Assembly: GCA_030610085.1 (NCBI GenBank)
Contig: JAUWSL010000001.1
Location: forward strand, 2,740 to 66,739
Reading direction: 5' to 3'
DNA length: 64,000 bases
DNA from: Candidatus Aegiribacteria sp.
GTDB lineage: Bacteria > Fermentibacterota > Fermentibacteria > Fermentibacterales > JCC-6
The notes under the pieces were generated by a model. It saw nothing but the letters and a program-made list of their open reading frames with translations. It was not told the origin of the DNA and did not search any database. This document shows, piece after piece, positions 40,082 through 50,629 of the stretch. The position numbers and the translations under genes were made by a program. How positions within the stretch are numbered: the stretch's first letter is position 1; each line of letters starts with the position of its first letter.

Positions 40082-41222
40082 AGAAAGCCCTGATGGTTTC
40101 AACCACTTCGACGGTTTCCTCTTCCGTAAGTTCTCCAAAAACCGGTATGGATATGACTTCCTTTGAAACGGCTTCGGTGACGGGGAAATCCCCTTCACCG
40201 TAACCGAGACGTTCAAAGCACTTCTGAAGGTGAAGTGGCAGCTGATAATAAACAGCACATCCGATACCGTGTTTCCGCAGATAATTAAGAAGTTCGTCCC
40301 GCTCGGGGACCTTTATGGTATACTGATTGTATATTGACCATGCTTCTTTTTTTATCACTGGAACGGTTACCTGTCCAACCCCCCTGAAGGCTTTGTTATA
40401 GTAACGGGCGTTCCTGCGCCGACCCTTGTGCCAGTTTTCAAGATGTGCCAGTTTAACCCTGAGAAATCCGGCTTGAATTGCATCGAGACGGGAATTGAAA
40501 CCTACCTCCTCGTGAATGTAGCCTTTTCCGCCGTGCTCTCTCAGGCTGACCATCCTGTCTGCTAACTCCGGCGAGTCAGTTGTGACCATGCCGCCGTCAC
40601 CGAGGGCTCCGAGGTTCTTGGACGGGAAGAAACTGAAACAACCTGCCGTACCCAGGGAACCAGCCCTCTTCTGATTCCACTTCGAACCCACTGCCTGGCA
40701 GGCATCCTCAACAACTGGAATCTGCCAGTCATTGCAGATGGTCATGATTCTATCCATATCAGCGAGCTGTCCGAACAGATGAACGGGCATCACCGCTCCG
40801 ATCCTTGAACCATTGCTTCTGTCAATCACACCCCTGCTTGTAACTGAGCAGTTATCCGCAAGCCATCCGGACAGGAGTTCCGGATCGATGTTGAACGTGT
40901 CGGGAAGAATATCCAGGAACAGAGGAACGCCGCCGGCCCTCACTATTGCGCCCGCTGAAGCGAAAAACGTGAAAGGTGTGGTCAGAACAACGTCTCCTGG
41001 TTTAACACCGACAGCCATGAGAGCGAGGATAAGAGCGTCCGTACCGGAAGCGCATCCCACCGCTCTTTCCGTACCGCAATATTCAGCGAATTCTTTTTCC
41101 AGATGTTCCATTTCGGGTCCCTTTATAAATCTTGATGTTTCAAGGGCGGTGTTGAATACGGATCGGAGATCTTCGAGTATCGGTTGATGCTGTCTGCTGA
41201 TATCGAGCAAAGGAACTGCCAT
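40065..41222 (-). CDS. DegT/DnrJ/EryC1/StrS aminotransferase
   Basis: SGTDAL, PVHLFGQ, EDACQA, SFFPSKNLG..GDGG, NSRLD.IQA. Confidence 0.95.
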   Translation of the reverse strand: MAVPLLDISRQHQPILEDLRSVFNTALETSRFIKGPEMEHLEKEFAEYCGTERAVGCASGTDALILALMAVGVKPGDVVLTTPFTFFASAGAIVRAGGVPLFLDILPDTFNIDPELLSGWLADNCSVTSRGVIDRSNGSRIGAVMPVHLFGQLADMDRIMTICNDWQIPVVEDACQAVGSKWNQKRAGSLGTAGCFSFFPSKNLGALGDGGMVTTDSPELADRMVSLREHGGKGYIHEEVGFNSRLDAIQAGFLRVKLAHLENWHKGRRRNARYYNKAFRGVGQVTVPVIKKEAWSIYNQYTIKVPERDELLNYLRKHGIGCAVYYQLPLHLQKCFERLGYGEGDFPVTEAVSKEVISIPVFGELTEEETVEVVETIRAFYAENG

Positions 41223-41238
41223 TTAGTCTTTCCTTTCG

Positions 41239-42609
41239 CTAATGAGCCCCGGCACCCGTAAGGATTACCTTCAGTGTGCGGGCAAGAATCTCAAGATCAA
41301 GAAATATCGACTGGTTTTCAATATAGTAGAAATCGTACCTGAGTTTGTTTGCTACACTTTCCATATCAACATCATACTCAAGTTTAACCTGAGCCCACCC
41401 CGTCAAACCCGGTTTGATAGTGAGTCTTTTCTGATAGAAAGGGTACATCTTTCTGAGTTTATCGACAAACACTGACCGCTCCGGCCGTGGACCCACAATA
41501 GACATCTCACCCTTCAACACATTTATCAGCTGGGGGATCTCGTCGATGCGGGATTTTCTGAGGTACCTGCCAACGCGTGTTACTCTGACATCATTCTTAC
41601 CTGCCCAGACAGGCCCGCTTCTCTTTTCAGCGTCGTCTACCATGCTTCTGAACTTGAAAACCCTGAATATCTTTCCCCCCTTGCCGACCCTTTCCTGCCG
41701 GTAGAACACAGGGCCCTTTGAGTCCAGCTTTATCAGCACCGCAAGAAACAGCCATAAAGGAAGGCCTGCAAAGAGTACAAGACTGCTCATGAAATAATCT
41801 ATGAACACTTTCACGATCTTCTGCCAGAAAGTCAGCCGTTCAGGTAGTATTTCCATGAATGGCTGCCCCATTATCTGTGTACTGTGAACATGGCCTGTCA
41901 CAATATCAAACAGGTCCGGTACTACTTTCACCCTTATTCCCTCTCCCGCAGCGGGAAGGAGAAGGGAGAGAATATCACCATGGAAATTTGAAGCGATCGT
42001 AACGAGCAGCTCTCTTACAGAGAAAGTTTTAATTATCCCTGGCAGGTCATTCACGGAGCCAAGAATCCTGTCTTCAGGGACTGTTCTCAAAGAATCGATC
42101 TTACCCGGATCTACAAAACCTACAACATCATAACCCAGGGCTGTGTTATCAGATAGATAACTGTTGAGGTCGGAAGCAGCTTCTCCCGTTCCGATTATTG
42201 CGGCCCGCCGGACAAGGAGACCCTTTTTGGCAAGCACTCTTTCCAGGATTCGCATGCAGCCACGCGCAATGAAGACAAAAAGAAGAAGCGCTGCGTAATA
42301 GAATACAATTATCCATCTGCCGATCGAAGCGGAAGGTGATACCAGGAAAGCACCGAAGAACAGTATTATGAAGCCGGAAGTAACAGGCTTCACCACAAGT
42401 TTTAACTCGTCCGCCCAGCTCAGATCCCAGTGCAGCCTGTAGGAGCCGGAGACCAGAAAAATAAGCCACCAGAAAGGAATCAGAAGTAAAGCCCCTGAGA
42501 ATATCATACTGTTTGAAATAGTGACCGAATCGGGGAATATACCCGAGTCGAACTTTATCCATGCCGAAAAAGCCATGGCAAGAAATATTGCGATACCATC
42601 AAATACCAT
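41239..42609 (-). CDS. Initiating polyprenyl-phosphate sugar phosphotransferase (WcaJ/WbaP-like)
   Basis: 4 N-terminal TM, KFRSM, D.RVT.VG, RIDE.PQL.NVL.G.MS.VGPRP, KPGLTGWAQV. Confidence 0.94.
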   Translation of the reverse strand: MVFDGIAIFLAMAFSAWIKFDSGIFPDSVTISNSMIFSGALLLIPFWWLIFLVSGSYRLHWDLSWADELKLVVKPVTSGFIILFFGAFLVSPSASIGRWIIVFYYAALLLFVFIARGCMRILERVLAKKGLLVRRAAIIGTGEAASDLNSYLSDNTALGYDVVGFVDPGKIDSLRTVPEDRILGSVNDLPGIIKTFSVRELLVTIASNFHGDILSLLLPAAGEGIRVKVVPDLFDIVTGHVHSTQIMGQPFMEILPERLTFWQKIVKVFIDYFMSSLVLFAGLPLWLFLAVLIKLDSKGPVFYRQERVGKGGKIFRVFKFRSMVDDAEKRSGPVWAGKNDVRVTRVGRYLRKSRIDEIPQLINVLKGEMSIVGPRPERSVFVDKLRKMYPFYQKRLTIKPGLTGWAQVKLEYDVDMESVANKLRYDFYYIENQSIFLDLEILARTLKVILTGAGAH

Positions 42610-42632
42610 GCCCAGAATAGTGCTTTTTTTCT

Positions 42633-43769
42633 TCAGCTCATCCTGCCTTTCGACTTTTTCTCCCAGGTTTCAACCGGATTCCCTGACAATATCCTTAATA
42701 TACCATCAATAGCCGCTATACTCATAAGCCAGAAGTAGTATGGAAAAAGAAGCTTTGAAGGCATGAAGCGTTTCAGCAGGAATCCTGCCGCGGCTGCTGC
42801 GTGGAACAGGCACAACAGGAGGAAGAGAATCAGATAGAACTGATTGTTCGAAAGAAATCCGGCAAGAACAGTAGCGGCTGCAAGAAGAAGACCGGAAAAC
42901 CATCTTAGAACCTTGTGCACGAGGAGCTGCAGGAATAACAGGAATTTTCGCTTTTTCAGCGCTTTTCCCATGAGCAGAACACCGCTGATGGACATCCAGC
43001 TTACTATCCTCACCAGTCTTCGATACTGCTCTGTATCGTCCGGAGAGGGTTCAGCGGCTATCGCATCCTCATTGAACACACATGAACTGCCCTCGATCCT
43101 TGTCATTACAGCCAGTTCGAAATCGTCCGCTCTTCTGGACGATAAAGGCTTGAAAAGTTCTCTCCTCAATGCGAATACAGCTCCTGTAGCTCCCAGAACG
43201 GCTCCAAAATATGAACACATTCTCTTGATCACCGTCTCGTACTTCCAGTAGATACTCTCACATGTATCCCCATCCAGGCTGTTCCTCCGGGAACCGTCGA
43301 CGCAGCCTACCGAAGGGTTCGAAAAGGGAATGACAAGTTCCCTGATTGTAACAGGGGCAAAAACCGTGTCAGCATCGGAAAAAACAAGTATCTCTCCGTT
43401 CGACAGTTCCAGCAGTTTCTTTATCATCATGGGTTTTCCTATTCGTTCACCGCTTCGATGCACGATCACTCCCTGATCTTTGAAAGCACCTGCTATGGCA
43501 TCTGTCTCATCATCCGAACTGTCCGAACCAATGAGAATTTCAATAGAACCTCCGTAATTCTGTTCAAGGAGGTTTTTAATCCGTGAGGCGATCACGGCCT
43601 CTTCGTTCCTTGCCGCTATCAGTACGCTGACCGAAGGCCAGTCGTCCGGCGTTTTCCATGAAGAGGAGTATTTCCTGAAAAGCATGGAGATACCGAAAAG
43701 AACCGATGGATAAATGAGCCATGGCGAGAGAAACAATCCCAGAACGAGCCAGAAAGGAACAGGATTCAT
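42633..43769 (-). CDS. Glycosyltransferase family 2, membrane-bound
   Basis: VSVLIAARNEE, SD.S.D.T, FSDAD, DDF; ATGA overlap at 43766-43769. Confidence 0.9.
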   Translation of the reverse strand: MNPVPFWLVLGLFLSPWLIYPSVLFGISMLFRKYSSSWKTPDDWPSVSVLIAARNEEAVIASRIKNLLEQNYGGSIEILIGSDSSDDETDAIAGAFKDQGVIVHRSGERIGKPMMIKKLLELSNGEILVFSDADTVFAPVTIRELVIPFSNPSVGCVDGSRRNSLDGDTCESIYWKYETVIKRMCSYFGAVLGATGAVFALRRELFKPLSSRRADDFELAVMTRIEGSSCVFNEDAIAAEPSPDDTEQYRRLVRIVSWMSISGVLLMGKALKKRKFLLFLQLLVHKVLRWFSGLLLAAATVLAGFLSNNQFYLILFLLLCLFHAAAAAGFLLKRFMPSKLLFPYYFWLMSIAAIDGILRILSGNPVETWEKKSKGRMS

Positions 43770-45247
43770 TTTACACCATCCTCTCCGTCCGATACCCCGT
43801 TTTTTCTGAACAGGTGCCTTCGGAAGGTTCCGAAAGCACGGAGAGTTCTTCTGCCCTCGGTAAAGGGGTGACTCAGTGACTGAATGATCTTGTACAGAAG
43901 GTAGCCCGGGCGGAGGTAAAAGCGTTGTCTTGCGTAATTGCACCATTGCACAATTGCTTCCGATTGCAGTCCGGGGAGGTCTACTACGCAGTTGTGGAGC
44001 CCCTCTTCGGTTACCCAGCGAGAGTAGTTCTCCGTTCTCAGCTTTCCCTCTTTTCTGTACTGATCGTAAAGTCTTGTTCCGGGGTATGCCATAATTGGAA
44101 AGAACTGAGCGGTGTCAGGCGAGAGTTTCAGAGACATCTGAAAAGTTTCCTCAAGAGTTTCAGGCGTTTCACCAGGGTTGCCAGCCATGAAGCATCCGTG
44201 AACCAGAAGGCCCGCTTTTCCCGCCCTTTCTGCGAATTCCATATTCTGTTCAACGGTTGTTCCCTTGTTGACGGCGTTCAGAATATCCTGCGAACCGGAT
44301 TCATAACCGACGATGATCATCCTGCAGCCTGCAGCCTTCATTTTCCGCATCGCTTCAAGAGAGAGGTTTGCCCTGACGTTGGCTGTCCAGGGGATACGGT
44401 TGGCGTTCCTTATAAGAACCTCCGAGATATCCTCGACTCTCTTATTGTCAATTGAAAAAGTATCATCTTCTATGACTATTTCCTGGATTCGGGGAAAATG
44501 ATCACGAAAAAGTTCGAATTCCTCCGCTACATGTGTAGCCGAACGAATCCGGTAGCTCTCCCTGTGCATGACCTGAGGCCAGACACAGAAGGAACATCTG
44601 TAAGGGCAGCCGCGGCTTGTAATGGTCATTACGCTTGGGAACCTCGCAGCAGCGAAGAAGTAGTTCTCCGGGGTCAGATGCCTGCTGTAGATATCAGCAA
44701 GGAATGGCAGGGAATCCAGGTCATCTATCATTTCCCTCGGACCGGTGTCAACGAGTTCTCCTCCTGAATTAAGGTAGAGGCCCGGCACGTCGGCAAGCCC
44801 CCCTCCTCCGTCCAGTTTCCCGGCCACTTCAATAAGTGTGGCATCGTATTCCCCAACCGCGACTCCGTCCAGTGACGGAGCCAGCTTCAGGCACTGGGCC
44901 GGAAGAGCGCTGACATGGGTTCCCACCAGCAGAACGAAAGTGTGCGGAAGATATTTCTTTATCATGGATGCGATCCTCAGGTCACTGTAGATGGAGGGAG
45001 TTGATGTATCCACAACCGTAAGCCCGGGACTGAATTCAACCAGCATCCGAAGCATATTGCGCTCATTGATACCTTCCGCCGGGCAGTCAAGAAACAGAAC
45101 GTTATGACCGGCCGCTTCTAGAGCTCCTGTCCCGTAGGCCAGCCAGAAGGGCCAGTACTGAGTTCCACTCTTGTTGATCGCAGGGGAGCGGGATGTCCTT
45201 GAAAATCTGCCGTTCATGAAAGGAGGATTGATAACCGCTGCTTTCAT
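43766..45247 (-). CDS. Cobalamin-binding radical SAM protein (HpnJ-like)
   Basis: NPPF, P.WLAY, STPS, RGCPYRCSFC.WPQ, EDDTF, VGYESG; ATGA overlap. Confidence 0.9.
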   Translation of the reverse strand: MKAAVINPPFMNGRFSRTSRSPAINKSGTQYWPFWLAYGTGALEAAGHNVLFLDCPAEGINERNMLRMLVEFSPGLTVVDTSTPSIYSDLRIASMIKKYLPHTFVLLVGTHVSALPAQCLKLAPSLDGVAVGEYDATLIEVAGKLDGGGGLADVPGLYLNSGGELVDTGPREMIDDLDSLPFLADIYSRHLTPENYFFAAARFPSVMTITSRGCPYRCSFCVWPQVMHRESYRIRSATHVAEEFELFRDHFPRIQEIVIEDDTFSIDNKRVEDISEVLIRNANRIPWTANVRANLSLEAMRKMKAAGCRMIIVGYESGSQDILNAVNKGTTVEQNMEFAERAGKAGLLVHGCFMAGNPGETPETLEETFQMSLKLSPDTAQFFPIMAYPGTRLYDQYRKEGKLRTENYSRWVTEEGLHNCVVDLPGLQSEAIVQWCNYARQRFYLRPGYLLYKIIQSLSHPFTEGRRTLRAFGTFRRHLFRKNGVSDGEDGVK

Positions 45248-46335
45248 GATGTTATCACGCGAATTCTGTCCGCTATTGCCGAAGCGGTTTTTTCCCATGA
45301 ATAGTTACCTGCCCTTTCGAGAGCTTTTCGAGCCAGCTTTCTTCTGAGCTGGGGCTGAGAGGTGAGCAAGGCCATCCCTCGCATTATATCCTCGACTGAT
45401 TCGGGGTTCACAAGAATACCGGCATCTCCGACCAGCTCCTCAAGGGCCGTTCCGGCGGAAGCGACAACTGGAGAACCCGCGGCCATTGCTTCAAGGGCGG
45501 GAAGGCCGAAACCCTCCTTCAGTGATGGAATCACAAGGCCGGTACAGCAGCGGTACAGTGTTCTCAATTCATCATCGGTAACGTGGGATAGAACCGAGAT
45601 ACTGTCCGTTGCTGAACATTCCTTTACATCACGCATGAAATCACCGAAAGCCCTGTCTCTGCGGACGACCATTTTCATCTCGGGGAAACGGGGATTGATG
45701 GCCTTCAGCCTGGCGTAGGCTACGATAAGCCTCGTAACATTCTTGTAGGCTCTTGCATTTCCTACGTAGAGAAGGTAATCCTTCCTTTGCAGACCACCCT
45801 CTTCATCACCGGAGAACAGGTCCTGGCCAGCTCCCGCTACAAATGCCTTCGTTTCTGCTCCCGGATAAGCACTCCGCAGGTCACTGAGGGATGCATCTGA
45901 CAGAACAGATATTGCGCGGGCATGGTTTATAGATCTTTTAATTTTTCTTCCAAACAGGAATTTCGAAATGAGATTTCTGAAAAAACTGTTTCCGAAATAT
46001 CCCGGCACGTTCAGTACCATCAGGTCATGAACGGACAGCAGAGTTGGAATGGAAGGTAACGGTCCCGCCATTGAAAAGTTCAGGTAGCAGTCAGCTCCGG
46101 AAGATTCAATGAGAGGAACCAGTTCCCGGTTCTCCCCCCGGCGGAACCTCGCAGCGCTGCTTATAACCGTTTCATAAGGCAGGTGTTCAACATGCTGCAC
46201 CGATTCGGGATTAACAATGACGGAGAGTTCCCAGCCCGGCTCAAGCCTGGCGAGGGCTTCCATTACTCCAAGAGAATACCTGCCGATACCATCGATTTGT
46301 ATCTGCAGTGCTCTTGCGTCAATCATAAGGTGCAT
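45244..46335 (-). CDS. Glycosyltransferase family 4
   Basis: IDAR, GIGRY, VHDL, KN, EGFGLP.LEAMA.G.PV. Confidence 0.92.
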   Translation of the reverse strand: MHLMIDARALQIQIDGIGRYSLGVMEALARLEPGWELSVIVNPESVQHVEHLPYETVISSAARFRRGENRELVPLIESSGADCYLNFSMAGPLPSIPTLLSVHDLMVLNVPGYFGNSFFRNLISKFLFGRKIKRSINHARAISVLSDASLSDLRSAYPGAETKAFVAGAGQDLFSGDEEGGLQRKDYLLYVGNARAYKNVTRLIVAYARLKAINPRFPEMKMVVRRDRAFGDFMRDVKECSATDSISVLSHVTDDELRTLYRCCTGLVIPSLKEGFGLPALEAMAAGSPVVASAGTALEELVGDAGILVNPESVEDIMRGMALLTSQPQLRRKLARKALERAGNYSWEKTASAIADRIRVITS

Positions 46336-46414
46336 GAAACACTCCCGATATAGAGTACGAATATCGTTTGCGGAAAGATAATTCCCTCTTCGACGCAATG
46401 TACAGGATTATCGA

Positions 46415-47641
46415 TCATTCGCTTTCACTTTCTGCGCGTCCGGGCAGGCTGCTGATGCCGGTGAGAATATCCGCCAATCTGCAGCCTGCTTCTTTCATCG
46501 ATCGCTCCTCTGTGACAAACTTCATGCCCGAGAGAATCAGTTTGTTCCTGAGTTCAGCATTATGAAGGACTTCTTCAAGAGAAGAAGCCATTTCAGCCGG
46601 ATCGCGGTTAACGAGTATTCCATTTTTTCCAGAGTCTATGTTGTCAATGAACCCGCCTTCACGCACAGCAATAACCGGCAGGCCGCACGCCATGGCTTCA
46701 AGAGGAACCAGACCGTAGGGTTCGTTGTGCTGGCAGCAGAGGAGAGCTTCTGAGGTGGTGTAAAACTGCCTGAGTTCTTCATTTGAAATATCCCTTTTCA
46801 CGCTCAGATCCACCCCCAGATCAACGGCTGTTTTTTCAAGATAAGTTCCGTATCCGGGGTATTCCCTGTCTGCTATGATCATAAGAGCCGGTCTCTTTTC
46901 GACAGGAACACGTGAAACAGCTTCTATTGCCATTTTATGGCCCTTGAAAGGCCAGAGGGCTCCGATGCTGAGAACCATATTCTTCCTGACGGCATTCTTA
47001 TCAATGTGGAAGAAGTCCGTATCCACACCGGGTCTTACAATGATGGAATCCAGTCCGTAAATATCGGCGATCCTGCTTTTCATCCATTCTGAAAAGGTCA
47101 CTATACAATCCGCGGTCATCATCGATTCTCTGTCCATTTTCTTTTCAAGGTTTCTCAAAGGAGAAAGGAGAAGTCGAGTGAAAAAACCTGCAGTTCTGCT
47201 TATCAGATCCTTTTCGTAGATATGGCGGGGAAACTCGTAACAGAAGTAAACGGAAGGGATGCTCAGATACTTCAGAACAGGCGGGGCTGCGACGAACATG
47301 GAATTATGGACAAGGGCAATATCCGAGGTTGAATTGATCTCATCCGCAATTCTGATACAAAGCCTGTCAAAAGCCCTCAGTCTGGCAGGTAAAGACAAAG
47401 GAGCCGCAAGTTTTCTTAAACCGGAAATTCTTCTTCCCTCCCCGAACGGCCACTCCTTCCTTGTAAGACTCCCTGGAATATTCAGCGGGGAAGACCCCTC
47501 CGGATGGTGGACGGTTATGGAAAAGAAATGCTCAAGCTGACGAAGCAGTGCCCCCGCGACATTCACACCTCCGCCTGATGGCAGATTGTGGAATACTGCC
47601 AGCTCGGGCTGAACACGGGGTGATTCGTGAATCTCCACCAC
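46415..47641 (-). CDS. Glycosyltransferase family 4
   Basis: HNLPSGG, PGVD, KG, EPYGLVPLEAMACG.PV; start uncertain (GTG 47641 or 47701). Confidence 0.88.
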   Translation of the reverse strand: MVEIHESPRVQPELAVFHNLPSGGGVNVAGALLRQLEHFFSITVHHPEGSSPLNIPGSLTRKEWPFGEGRRISGLRKLAAPLSLPARLRAFDRLCIRIADEINSTSDIALVHNSMFVAAPPVLKYLSIPSVYFCYEFPRHIYEKDLISRTAGFFTRLLLSPLRNLEKKMDRESMMTADCIVTFSEWMKSRIADIYGLDSIIVRPGVDTDFFHIDKNAVRKNMVLSIGALWPFKGHKMAIEAVSRVPVEKRPALMIIADREYPGYGTYLEKTAVDLGVDLSVKRDISNEELRQFYTTSEALLCCQHNEPYGLVPLEAMACGLPVIAVREGGFIDNIDSGKNGILVNRDPAEMASSLEEVLHNAELRNKLILSGMKFVTEERSMKEAGCRLADILTGISSLPGRAESESE

Positions 47642-47747
47642 TCTCTTCCTTCCTTCTACAGTTTCTGAACGCTTGCGCGGTCTGAGTATTATATATTCCA
47701 CTATAAACTAACACGATTAAGGTTCTGGGAAAACCGGAGGAATACTC

Positions 47748-48653
47748 ATGCGTGTAGCTGTCATTCTTGTCAACTACGGACAGTGGGAACTTACAGAGAA
47801 ATGCATCGATTCTCTTGATCAGTCCAGCGGAGTGGATATCAGGATTACGCTCGTAGATAACTGTTCACCCGGCCCGGTTCCGCCGTGGGTAAGAATCAGG
47901 AAAGACCTGAGATTCATACAGATGAATGAAAATATAGGTTTTGCAGGTGGGAATAATGCAGGATTCCATGCGTCTGTTGAGGATCAGGCTGAGTATACGT
48001 TCTTTCTGAACAACGATGCTGAAGTCCTTCCCGAAACGGTTCACAACCTTGCAGGATACCTTGGTGAGAATACCGGAACAGGTATAGCGGCTCCCGCTGT
48101 ATACTGGGCATCGGACCCGGAAAGGCTCTGGAGCGCCGGCGGGAAATTCGTCAAAAGGAAAATGCGTTTTGAACAGGTGGACATTCCCGATAAGGAATAC
48201 ACTCCCAGCGAAGGGGTACCGGTGGATTTCGTGTCAGGGTGCGCGCTGATGATAGGAACAGATCTTTTCAGCAGGATCGGTTGCTTCAGGGAAGATTTCT
48301 TCATGTATTATGAGGATGCCGATCTTTGCAGAAAAGTTATTGAACAGGGTTACTCGGTGGATGTACTTCCTTCCGAAACTGTTCTTCACAGCGTTGCGAA
48401 AGGAAGTGGTGGAGAGCTTTCCAGAATTGCCATCTATTTCTCTGAAAGGAACAGGATACTTCTTTCCCGCGATATGCTCACTCCGTCGATGAGGTTTATT
48501 TTCATGGTATACAAGACCGCTGTTCTGATGGTGCTGACCATGAAATTTCTCCTCTGGGAGGGTCCCGGACTGATCCCCTGCATATGGCGCGGGTACATCG
48601 ACGGTCTTGCAGGAAGGACCGGCTTCACAGATGTACTGGGCAAGCTTGTCTGA
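47748..48653 (+). CDS. Glycosyltransferase family 2 (rhamnosyltransferase-like)
   Basis: VNY, VDN.S, N.GFAGGNN.G, LNND, SGCA, FFMYYED.D. Confidence 0.92.
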   Translation: MRVAVILVNYGQWELTEKCIDSLDQSSGVDIRITLVDNCSPGPVPPWVRIRKDLRFIQMNENIGFAGGNNAGFHASVEDQAEYTFFLNNDAEVLPETVHNLAGYLGENTGTGIAAPAVYWASDPERLWSAGGKFVKRKMRFEQVDIPDKEYTPSEGVPVDFVSGCALMIGTDLFSRIGCFREDFFMYYEDADLCRKVIEQGYSVDVLPSETVLHSVAKGSGGELSRIAIYFSERNRILLSRDMLTPSMRFIFMVYKTAVLMVLTMKFLLWEGPGLIPCIWRGYIDGLAGRTGFTDVLGKLV

Positions 48654-48768
48654 AAGACTCCGGTTCAACTCTTTCCAAAATGTCCGTATTGGTTATTTTA
48701 CTCACTGCAATACTTTCATGCTGCTGCATCAGCATTGAAGGGCTGAAAACAAATCCGGATTCAGGAGA

Positions 48769-49062
48769 ATGTCACAGATGATATGTAAAAACTGTGGAAA
48801 TAAGTACGATGGCAGAACTGTTGGTTTCAGAACCCTGTGCGAAAACTGCGGGGAATATCTTCATACATGCTTGAACTGTGCCATCTACGATTCAGTCACG
48901 GAGAGATGCCGGTCACTTACAACGGAAGCTGTAAGAGACAGAAAAAACATTAATCACTGTGAAGAGTTCATTCCCAATAAAGGAATTCTGCCGGAAGCGG
49001 ATTCAGGGGAAGTTAAAACCGCTGATGATTTCAAAACTCTTTTCAGTCTGGACGGTGAGTAA
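48769..49062 (+). CDS. Small Cys-rich putative metal-binding protein
   Basis: CKNC, CENC, HTCLNC plus further C and HC; GGAG RBS. Confidence 0.75.
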   Translation: MSQMICKNCGNKYDGRTVGFRTLCENCGEYLHTCLNCAIYDSVTERCRSLTTEAVRDRKNINHCEEFIPNKGILPEADSGEVKTADDFKTLFSLDGE

Positions 49063-49100
49063 ATCATCTCTGCCAATCCGCCGCAGCCGGAAAGAAGTCC

Positions 49101-50629
49101 ATGAAAATTCTTTCCCGCGACCTTTATGATATTTCGGAATGCAGGCTCAATTTCCGGGGCGTGATCGTGCTGTTTCTGTTTTCAGCGGCATACTTTGCCT
49201 GTTTCTTTGCTCTGTCCCAGCAGATGCGTTACCTGTTATTCGCCGGGACAGCTCTTGTAGCATTTTTACTGATCAGACCAAAACCCGGTTTCTGGCTTCC
49301 TCTGTTACCTCTTATTTTCATGGCAGGCGGCTCAACACTGCGAGCGGGTGAATTCAACCCCGCCATTGCGACCATTGTTATGGCAGCCTTTACATTCTTC
49401 TACATCATCCAGAGGGTTCTCTGGAATAAATCCCTGTTTATACCGTCTCCATTCCTTTTCATGATCTTCATAGCATTGCTTATTCAAGTGTTCAGCATAT
49501 TCATATCGATCCATTTGCACGAGCAGCACCAGTGGAACGCCATACGAGACGGCAGCAGCCTATTTTTATTCTTCCCTCTCGCGCTGATGATTCCTTCCAT
49601 CTGCAGAACCGAGAAAAAATTAAACCAGCTGCTGAGGGCCATTGTTATAGCAGTTCTGGCAGCCTCTGCTATTGGTGTTATGCAGTATTTCTCGATCACA
49701 GGTTTCTCAAGAATAGATATAAGCCTCGGATATCTGTATCGAGGAAGGGTTGCGAGCCTCTTCGGCAACGCCAATATTTTTGCAGGATACCTTGAACTGG
49801 GCATCCCCATTGCTATTGCAATGTTTTTCACAGAGAAGGACCTGAAGTGGAAAATCACCGCACTGGCAGCGGTTATCCTTGGTATGCTCGGAGTTCTATA
49901 CACTTTCTCCAGGGGGGGATTGGTCAGCGTTTTCCTCGGTAGCGGGATTATCCTGATATACATTTTCAGATCGAAGATATGGATACCCGTTGTTCTTGGT
50001 ATTCTGGCGATTTTCATGTTGATTATGAGCGAGAGTACCTTCGAAAGGCAGATGTCCTTTTTTATGAACCCGGCAGCGAACCTGAGCCAGCCAACCATTC
50101 TTCACAGATACATTACATACCGCGGCTTCCTTGATCAGTTCGCAGAGTCTCCTGTAACAGGTGTGGGATGGGGAGCCAGGGAGTTCTACTGGGGACGGTC
50201 GCAGATATACAGCTTCTGGGAAGTCAGACACTGCCAGAGCAGGGAAACGATACTCGCGTTCGGAGGACTTAACAGCCTTTTCCTCAATCACGCGGTAAAG
50301 GGGGGAGTTGTATCTCTTGTATCCGTTTTCTTGTGTTTGCAGCGATTTATGCTGCCTTTTTCAGGGCATTCAGGAGAGGCGGGGGCATAATATCAGTTGC
50401 CATTGTAGCTGGAATATTCAGCCTCATGATCCATCAGATAGTAGGCAACCAGTTGCGGTTCCCAACTGTCAACTCGCAGTTCTGGTTTGTCACGGGGCTG
50501 TTGCTTGTTCTTGCGTCGTCTGACCTCATTAAGCAGAACAGCGAGGAACGTTCGAAATTAAAACAGCTTCCTGAATCGACTGTACAGGAGGACTCTGAAC
50601 GGAAAGGAAGAAATGTCCCGCATTCCTGA
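49101..50629 (+). pseudogene. O-antigen ligase/polymerase-family membrane protein, split by a frameshift near 50326-50329 (real or sequencing error)
   Basis: R..S.FGNAN..A, TFSRGG, P.TGVG.G motifs in the first frame. The hydrophobic C-terminus continues in the 50333..50629 frame. Confidence 0.75.

Noticed and set aside
46906..46920. parS-like half site (CACGTGAAACA), also GTTCACGTGACAC near 36815
   Set aside because: Only one arm matches; too many mismatches.
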